DNA of 24,000 nucleotides from Spirochaetia bacterium. GTDB lineage: Bacteria > Spirochaetota > Spirochaetia > CADAEX01. Positions within the stretch are counted from its first letter, which is position 1; each line of letters begins with the position of its first letter. Below, piece by piece: positions 17,920-24,000 of this stretch. The stretch spans positions 129,647-153,646 of the forward strand of contig JAZURI010000003.1 of NCBI GenBank assembly GCA_045606105.1. Reading direction: 5' to 3'. Below the pieces are notes generated by a model, which had not been told where the DNA came from, ran no database searches, and was given only the letters and a program-made list of their open reading frames with translations. The translations under genes and the position numbers were made by a program.

Positions 17920-18521
17920 AAGAATTCCTCGATTACTATGTTGTCAGAAACAATGCCATAAAGCTTGCTCACAGGATGTTCAGTGAGGGCTTTGTTCCCG
18001 ATATCATCTATGTACCTCTCAGAGGAGGTGCCTATCTGGGAAATGTCATCAGCGAATACTACAAGATAGCTCTCAGGAATACAGACCATAAGCCGGTCCG
18101 TTATGCTGCTCTGGTGGCAGGCTCCTATTCCGGAGTAAAGAACCACGGCGATGTTGTTATACAGGGCTGGACCTATCCGCCCGAAAAAGTGAATCCTGAC
18201 GAAAAGATTCTTTTTGTGGATGATATCTTTGATTCCGGAAGGACCATCAATTTCATTATAAAGCATCTTATTTCTCTGGGGCTGAAACGGGAAAATATCG
18301 TCATTGCTGTCCATGACTACAAGATTCAGGAATATAAGAACGAAATGCCTGAAATTCTTCCCGACTATTACTGCAGAAAGCATGTCATCAAGAGGGAAGA
18401 GGACGAAATCTGGATCAATTATCAGAGCCACGAGCTTGTGGGGCTTTCAAAGGATGAGCTTGAAAACCATTTCTATAATGAAGATCCTACTCTCCGGGAA
18501 GCTCTTTCGATTCTGGAATAA
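17916..18521 (+). CDS. Phosphoribosyltransferase (purine PRT-like)
   Basis: IIYVPLRGGAYLGNVISEYY and PRPP-binding motif ILFVDDIFDSGRTINFI; ATGA overlap with map. Confidence 0.8.
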   Translation: MKEFLDYYVVRNNAIKLAHRMFSEGFVPDIIYVPLRGGAYLGNVISEYYKIALRNTDHKPVRYAALVAGSYSGVKNHGDVVIQGWTYPPEKVNPDEKILFVDDIFDSGRTINFIIKHLISLGLKRENIVIAVHDYKIQEYKNEMPEILPDYYCRKHVIKREEDEIWINYQSHELVGLSKDELENHFYNEDPTLREALSILE

Positions 18522-19876
18522 ACCATTTTTTTCATCGTGATTATGAAGCACACATACAGGGCCAGGAAGGTTATGGTCCAGGATATGCTGTATACTGCAT
18601 AAATTGTCTCCAGCTTATGGAATGCCGGTATCTGAAACACGGTAAAAACCCAGAGAATCCTGAAGGCACAGGCTCCCAGCAGCGATGTTACGGTAGGGAT
18701 TATGGAGTGGCCCATTCCCCTCAGTGTACCTGATATGATTTCCATCATTCCACACAGGAAATAAGGAAGACAGAGATATTTCAATCTCATCATTGCAGAT
18801 GATATTACATCCGGATCTGTGGAATAGAGTCCTGCTATCTCGTTTCCGAAGAATACCACCGCCCCTCCCACCGAGGCACCTGTCACTATTACACAGGCCA
18901 GAGCCGTAAGCTGTACCCTGATTATCCTTCTGAAGTTTCCGGCTCCCATGTTCTGGCCCGTAAAGGAGATGGTGGCCTGATAGAAGGCGTTCATGGCAAA
19001 ATAGACAATATATTCGATATTCATGGCAGCTGCGTTTCCTGCCACCACTATTGCTCCGAAAAGATTGATTGAGGAGAGGATAACCACATTGGAGAGGGAA
19101 AATACCATGCCCTGGATTCCGGCCGGTATTCCTGTTCTCATTATCATGTAAAGCTGGGCTCTGTGGAATCTGATTCTGCTGATAACCAGGTTTACGGCTC
19201 CTTTGTCCCTGATCATGCAGCTGACTATGAGACAGCTGGCTACAGCCTGGGAAATGACTGTGGCCAGGGCAACTCCTGCCACATCCCACCTGAACTTTAT
19301 TACGAAAAGCAGGTTGAAAAGAACATTGATGATTCCGGCAATGATAAGGAACATGAGAGGTCTTCTGGTATCGCCTACAGCTCTCAGCACAGCGCTTCCG
19401 AAATTATATACGATGGTGGCTATTATTCCGAGGAAATAGATACGGAGATAGAGGGTTGCAAGATCGAGAATCTCTTCCGGAGTGCTCATCCATATGAGAA
19501 AAATCCTGGCAAACAGCGTACCGAAAACGGTAAGTATGATACCGCCCGCAATACTGAGGGCCATGGTGGTATGTATTGTCCTGCTGAGCTCTTCACTCTT
19601 TCTTGCGCCGTAATATCTTGCAGTGACTATATTTGCACCGATGGAGAGACCTACGAACAGATTGACCATCAGGTTTATGAGGGAGGAATTGGCACCTACG
19701 GCTGCCAGGGAATTGCTTCCTGCAAAGCGTCCTACCACTATGATGTCGGTGGCAGTGAAGAGTAACTGAAGGATGGATGAACACATCAACGGTAAAGCAA
19801 ACAGGATTATTTTCTTTAAAATCGGACCATTGCACATGTCGATTTCATAACTTTTTCCCATAAGAAAATTTTCCAA
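18473..19876 (-). CDS. MATE-family efflux transporter (start could be TTG at 19876 or ATG at 19861)
   Basis: 12-TM pattern; NGPILKKIILFALPLMCSSILQLLFTATDIIVVGRFAGSNSLAAVGA... and symmetric second half AGIPAGIQGMVFSLSNVVI. Confidence 0.93.
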   Translation of the reverse strand: MENFLMGKSYEIDMCNGPILKKIILFALPLMCSSILQLLFTATDIIVVGRFAGSNSLAAVGANSSLINLMVNLFVGLSIGANIVTARYYGARKSEELSRTIHTTMALSIAGGIILTVFGTLFARIFLIWMSTPEEILDLATLYLRIYFLGIIATIVYNFGSAVLRAVGDTRRPLMFLIIAGIINVLFNLLFVIKFRWDVAGVALATVISQAVASCLIVSCMIRDKGAVNLVISRIRFHRAQLYMIMRTGIPAGIQGMVFSLSNVVILSSINLFGAIVVAGNAAAMNIEYIVYFAMNAFYQATISFTGQNMGAGNFRRIIRVQLTALACVIVTGASVGGAVVFFGNEIAGLYSTDPDVISSAMMRLKYLCLPYFLCGMMEIISGTLRGMGHSIIPTVTSLLGACAFRILWVFTVFQIPAFHKLETIYAVYSISWTITFLALYVCFIITMKKMVYSRIERASRRVGSSL

Positions 19877-19933
19877 CTAACTTTCTGATTTGTCAATAGT
19901 TGTATAATAAAGTATTTGATGATATTTTAAGGT

Positions 19934-20695
19934 ATGGAAAAATATGCTGTTGTCGGCAGCGGCTCTTGTGGTAATTCATACATTTTCAAAACGGCGGAGT
20001 CAGGCTTTGTTGTGGATAACGGCTATTCCTTTTCAGAATTTTCCCGCCGTATAAAGTCCATGGATTTTGATATCAGAGATATAAGATACATTTTTCTTAC
20101 CCATAATCACAAGGATCATATATCAGGTATGGAAATTCTTTCCAGAAAGCTGCAGATTCCGGTTTTCGTAGCTGAAAATCTTGATCTTTCAAGCAGTCTT
20201 AAGGAGGGCTTTTTCAGGACTGTAGAGGTCACTCCGGGCAATACCTACAGGGTGGACGATTTTACATTTACCGTTTTTTCCACTACTCATGATGCACCCT
20301 GTTCCGTGGGATACAGCTTTGCCACATCGGAATCCAGATATACTATAATTACAGATACGGGAAAAACCTCCGAGCTCATGAGAAGCCTTGCGGATCAGTC
20401 AGATGTGCTTTTCCTGGAGGCAAACTATTGTCCCGAGATGCTGAAAAAAGGTCCCTATCCCTATTTCCTGAAAAAAAGGATTTTTTCGGATCACGGCCAT
20501 CTTTCAAACCATGATGCGGTCGATTTTATCAAAAAACTTGATTCAGGTAAAAAAAGAAGTATATACTTATGTCATATATCAGATAAGAATAATTCTCCCG
20601 AAAGGGTAAAGGAAGTCTTTGACTCTGAATTTTCGGGAGATCTGGATTATCATATTTGTAAACGAGGTATTCCCGTTTTGGGAAAAAGGAGTTGA
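19934..20695 (+). CDS. MBL-fold metallo-hydrolase (YycJ/WalJ-like)
   Basis: GSGSCGNSYIFK, IFLTHNHKDHISGMEIL, STTHDAPCSVGYSF, DVLFLEANYCPEML, YLCHISDKNNSPE. Confidence 0.9.
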   Translation: MEKYAVVGSGSCGNSYIFKTAESGFVVDNGYSFSEFSRRIKSMDFDIRDIRYIFLTHNHKDHISGMEILSRKLQIPVFVAENLDLSSSLKEGFFRTVEVTPGNTYRVDDFTFTVFSTTHDAPCSVGYSFATSESRYTIITDTGKTSELMRSLADQSDVLFLEANYCPEMLKKGPYPYFLKKRIFSDHGHLSNHDAVDFIKKLDSGKKRSIYLCHISDKNNSPERVKEVFDSEFSGDLDYHICKRGIPVLGKRS

Positions 20696-20697
20696 TC

Positions 20698-21255
20698 ATG
20701 GATAAAAGAATTCTTGTTCTTCTTGCAGAGGGCTGCGAGGAAATGGAGGTTGTGATTCCTTCCGATCTGGCTGTAAGGGCAGGTCTTGATGTTGTAATGG
20801 CAGGAATAGAAGGAATCGATATAACAGGTTCCCACGGGATTTCCCTTATTGCAGATTGCGAGATCGTTGATATTGCAGATGAAATCTTTGATGCCGTAAT
20901 CATTCCGGGAGGAATGCCGGGTGCCGAGAACATTGCAAACAATGAGGTTGCCATGGAGGTAATCCAGAGGCATGCAGACAAGGAGAAGCTTATCTGTGCC
21001 ATCTGTGCCGCGCCCGGTGTAGTTCTGGGAGATACCAGAATTCTTGATGACCGTATGGTTACCTGCTATCCAGGCTTTGAAAAGCATTTCAACCGTACTG
21101 TAACCTATATCGAGGATAAGGTTGCTGTCAGCGGAAATGTCATTACTGCAAAGGGCCCGGGAGCAGCTTTCCTGTTCGGCCGTGAAATTCTCAAGGCTCT
21201 TCTGGGAGAGGTTGTGGCAGACAAGGTTCTGCAGGGAACTTTCTATTCATGCTGA
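20698..21255 (+). CDS. DJ-1/PfpI-family protein
   Basis: MDKRILVLLAEGCEEMEVVIPSDLAVRAG, DAVIIPGGMPGAENI, ICAICAAPGVVLG (nucleophile elbow Cys), KGPGAAFLFGREIL. Confidence 0.93.
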   Translation: MDKRILVLLAEGCEEMEVVIPSDLAVRAGLDVVMAGIEGIDITGSHGISLIADCEIVDIADEIFDAVIIPGGMPGAENIANNEVAMEVIQRHADKEKLICAICAAPGVVLGDTRILDDRMVTCYPGFEKHFNRTVTYIEDKVAVSGNVITAKGPGAAFLFGREILKALLGEVVADKVLQGTFYSC

Positions 21256-22688
21256 GTATAAACGGCAAAAGCTTTTATCTTGTTGGGATAAAGGGTACAG
21301 GGCTTTCTGCCTTTGCCGAGCTTCTGCTTAAATCGGGAGCCAAGGTTACGGGAAGCGACACAGCGGAGAAATTCTATACCGACGAGGTGCTCCGTTCCCA
21401 GGGGATAAGCTTCAGGGAGGGTTTTTCTTCCGAAAATATCCCTGCCGGTATCGATTATGTAATTTATTCCTCTGCCTATAATCCGGCTGAGAATCCTGAC
21501 CTTGCGGAAGCGGTCAGGAGAGGTATTCCCATTATGGAGTACACAAAGGCACTGGGGGCTTTTTCTGAGGCTTACGATGCCGGGGGAATTGCCGGTGTCC
21601 ATGGCAAGACTACAACAACTGCAATTACTGGAACACTGCTGAAGGCCCTTGATGCACCGGCTGCAGTTCTGGCCGGTTCTGCGGTATCCAACTTCGACGG
21701 CCGTTCCACCTTTGTGAACGGAAACCGTTTTTTTGTGGCTGAAACCTGCGAATACAAGCGCCATTTCATGTCATTCCGGCCGTCCAGGATAATAGTTACA
21801 AGCATCGAGCCGGATCACCTGGATTTCTTTCCCACATATGCCGATATTTTCAGCGCATTTGTGGATTATGCCTTGCTGCTGCCGGAAAACGGGGAGCTGA
21901 TTTACTGTGCCGATGACAGCGGATGCCGTGAGCTGGCTGCCGTTATCAGGGAAAAAAGAGCCGATATAGTACAGATTCCTTACGGATTCACTGCAGAAGG
22001 GGATTACAGGATTACATCTTCCGGAATCAGGGAAAGCCGTAACTGCTTTACATTGGCAGGCTTTGATACGGAATTTGCCCTGAGGATACCGGGAGAGCAT
22101 ATTGTTCTTGATTCTGCCGCCGCATTGGCCATGACAGTTTCCATCCTTAAGAAATGGAAAGGGGAGCCGGGGACAGAGGAACTGGAAAAAATAAGGAACG
22201 GCTTTGAGGAGTTCAGAGGAAGCAAGAGACGCAGCGAAATTCTCGGTACTGCCGGAGGAATCCTGTTCATGGACGATTATGCCCATCATCCCACAGCCAT
22301 AAGACTGACACTTGAGGGAATCAGGAGCTTTTATCCGGGAAGGAAGCTGGTGGTGGATTTCATGTCCCATACCTATTCCAGGACCGAAGGACTTCTTGAG
22401 GAATTTGCCTCTTCTTTCGGGGCTGCGGATGAGGTTATCCTGAACAATATATATGCTTCGGCCCGTGAAAGGAATACGGATTCCGATCTGGACAGCCGTT
22501 TTTACCGGGCCCTGTGCCGGAATCACAATAATGTAAAGTATTTTCCGAAGCCTGCCGACGGCTTTGATTATCTTAAAACACATTTACAAAGGGACCACAT
22601 ATTCATTACTATGGGTGCTGGAGATAACTGGACTGTGGGAAAAATGCTGTATGACTATTTTTCCTGCAAAAAAGAGGCTTTAACATGA
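21249..22688 (+). CDS. murC: UDP-N-acetylmuramate--L-alanine ligase
   Basis: GIKGTGLSAFAELLLKSGAKVTGSD, GIAGVHGKTTTTAITGTLL, TSIEPDHLDFFPTY, FMDDYAHHPTAIRLTLEGI, FMSHTYSRTEGLLEEFA. Confidence 0.93.
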   Translation: MLSINGKSFYLVGIKGTGLSAFAELLLKSGAKVTGSDTAEKFYTDEVLRSQGISFREGFSSENIPAGIDYVIYSSAYNPAENPDLAEAVRRGIPIMEYTKALGAFSEAYDAGGIAGVHGKTTTTAITGTLLKALDAPAAVLAGSAVSNFDGRSTFVNGNRFFVAETCEYKRHFMSFRPSRIIVTSIEPDHLDFFPTYADIFSAFVDYALLLPENGELIYCADDSGCRELAAVIREKRADIVQIPYGFTAEGDYRITSSGIRESRNCFTLAGFDTEFALRIPGEHIVLDSAAALAMTVSILKKWKGEPGTEELEKIRNGFEEFRGSKRRSEILGTAGGILFMDDYAHHPTAIRLTLEGIRSFYPGRKLVVDFMSHTYSRTEGLLEEFASSFGAADEVILNNIYASARERNTDSDLDSRFYRALCRNHNNVKYFPKPADGFDYLKTHLQRDHIFITMGAGDNWTVGKMLYDYFSCKKEALT

Positions 22689-23551
22689 AAAGTATGACTG
22701 GGTACAGCTTCGGTGAATTTCAGGATGAAACCATCAAGCTGGCTGCTGAACTTAAATCCTATAACAACCGTTTTCTTGACATAAACGTAAATGCTCCCTC
22801 ATCGCTTCAGGGTTGTGAGAATGCCATAAGAAAATTTCTTGGAGAAAGGATTGCCCGCGGAAAGATTGAATTTTATCTCAAGATAAAGGAGCTTAAATCC
22901 GATGTTGCCATTCAGGTTGATGAAAATGCAGTAAGAGGTTATGTGGATGCAATCAACAGGGTGCGTGAGATTGCCGGAATCAAGGAAGAGATAAAGATTT
23001 CCAACATAATCAGGGAGGAGGGTGTTCTGTGCAGGAACAGCGAACCGGATCCCGAAATCTATGACAAATATGTTCTTCCGCTCCTTAACAAGGTTTTTGC
23101 AGGCTATGAGGCCACATGTATTGCCGAGGGGGAAAATACGAAGAAGGATATTCTCCGTCATCTTGCGGTGATTGAAGAAAACGTAAGCCGGGTAGAGGCC
23201 TGTGCCGGGCGTTTTGAGGAGCTTATAAAGAAAAATATTCAGGAGCGGTTCTATCAGCTTCTGGGAGACAATGCGGACGAAGGTAGGGTTTATGCCGAAA
23301 CTGCCGTCATGCTGGTAAAATATACAATCAACGAGGAGCTGGTGAGGCTCAGATCCCATCTTCAGGCCTTCCATGAAGCAGTGGAGTCGGATGAGCCGGT
23401 GGGAAAGAAGCTGGATTTCATCTGTCAGGAGCTGAACCGGGAAATAAATACCATCGGTTCCAAGAGCATGATGGTGGAAATCGACCAGTCTGTTATCAAT
23501 CTCAAGGATGCCCTTGAAAATATTCGTGAACAAGTGAGGAATGTTGTCTGA
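22685..23551 (+). CDS. yicC: YicC-family protein (endoribonuclease)
   Basis: MKSMTGYSFGEF... ELKSYNNRFLDINVNAPSSL... and C-terminal DEPVGKKLDFICQELNREINTIGSKSMMVEIDQSVINLKDALENIREQVRNV. Confidence 0.95.
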   Translation: MKSMTGYSFGEFQDETIKLAAELKSYNNRFLDINVNAPSSLQGCENAIRKFLGERIARGKIEFYLKIKELKSDVAIQVDENAVRGYVDAINRVREIAGIKEEIKISNIIREEGVLCRNSEPDPEIYDKYVLPLLNKVFAGYEATCIAEGENTKKDILRHLAVIEENVSRVEACAGRFEELIKKNIQERFYQLLGDNADEGRVYAETAVMLVKYTINEELVRLRSHLQAFHEAVESDEPVGKKLDFICQELNREINTIGSKSMMVEIDQSVINLKDALENIREQVRNVV

Positions 23552-24000
23552 TGATAATTGCAATTTCAGGAAAAAGCGGATGCGGTAATACTACCGTAAG
23601 TACAATGCTTGCAGAAAAGCTTAATCTTACCTTGGTGAATTATACATTCAGGAATCTGGCACAGGATACGGGAAAGGATTTCAAGGAAATCTGTCAGGCT
23701 GCAAAGAGCGATCCCTCCTACGACCGTTATATAGATAATCATCAGGTGGAGCTTGCCGAGAAGGGAAACTGTGTTCTTGGTTCAAGGCTTGCAATCTGGA
23801 TGGTAAAGAAGGCTGATCTCAAGGTTTTTCTTACAGCCTCCACCGAGACAAGGGTAGGGAGAATCCACAACAGGGAGGGTGGTGATATCAATGATGTCCG
23901 TGAGGCCACAATCCGCAGGGATGCTTCCGATTCAGCCCGTTATATGGAGCTTTATTCCATTGACAACAGCAAATATGATTTTGCCGATCTGGTGGTGGAT
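23551..24000 (+). CDS. Cytidylate kinase-like protein, 3'-truncated by the window edge
   Basis: My translation of the + strand gives MIIAISGKSGCGNTTVSTMLAEKLNLTLVNYTFRNLAQDTGKDF... DNHQVELAEKGNCVLGSRLAIW... LKVFLTASTETRVGRIHNREGG; the start overlaps the yicC stop (TGATG). Confidence 0.8.
   Translation, partial: MIIAISGKSGCGNTTVSTMLAEKLNLTLVNYTFRNLAQDTGKDFKEICQAAKSDPSYDRYIDNHQVELAEKGNCVLGSRLAIWMVKKADLKVFLTASTETRVGRIHNREGGDINDVREATIRRDASDSARYMELYSIDNSKYDFADLVVD

Noticed and set aside
18615-19289. 224-aa out-of-frame ORF inside the MATE gene
   Set aside because: Same-strand alternative frame rich in G/S/C/H; the MATE frame is clearly the real one.
19163-19765. 200-aa + strand ORF inside the MATE gene, rich in D/Y/G/E
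   Set aside because: Antisense shadow of a transmembrane-coding sequence, with no motif support.
21771-22583. 270-aa ORF antisense to murC
   Set aside because: The shadow frame of murC is long only because of codon bias; the murC motifs are unambiguous.
22799-23563. 254-aa ORF antisense to yicC
   Set aside because: It lies wholly opposite a well-supported yicC, with low-complexity codon-shadow composition and no recognised motifs.

Overview
This 24 kb window looks like ordinary chromosomal backbone from a Treponema-like spirochete. The taxon is an inference from protein flavour and gene order. A minus-strand block (566-4433) encodes a small Fe-S-associated membrane protein, a 2[4Fe-4S] ferredoxin, a CPBP protease-like protein, a divergent pyruvate kinase-like protein and a dicarboxylate/amino-acid symporter. 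Plus-strand genes follow: aspartokinase, D-Ala-D-Ala carboxypeptidase, an 84-aa unknown, yajC-secD-secF, a tRNA with a CAT anticodon, a lone Y1/RAYT-like transposase, a TIGR02757-type protein, rubredoxin, gap-pgk-tpiA-secG, a parvulin isomerase, nusB, map and a phosphoribosyltransferase. After a minus-strand MATE transporter come an MBL hydrolase, a DJ-1/PfpI protein, murC, yicC and a partial cytidylate-kinase-like gene. The most unusual signal is an exact 11-mer, GGGGACAGAGG. It occurs 12 times on the + strand and once on the - strand, with one further 10-mer copy, where about 0.01 exact 11-mers are expected by chance. The copies lie both inside essential-type genes, in different codon phases, and in intergenic DNA. 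Two form a 32-bp-period tandem repeat directly upstream of the lone RAYT-like gene. Two others form a perfect 17-bp-arm hairpin between rubredoxin and the gap promoter. I see no CRISPR array, prophage or obvious defence island.
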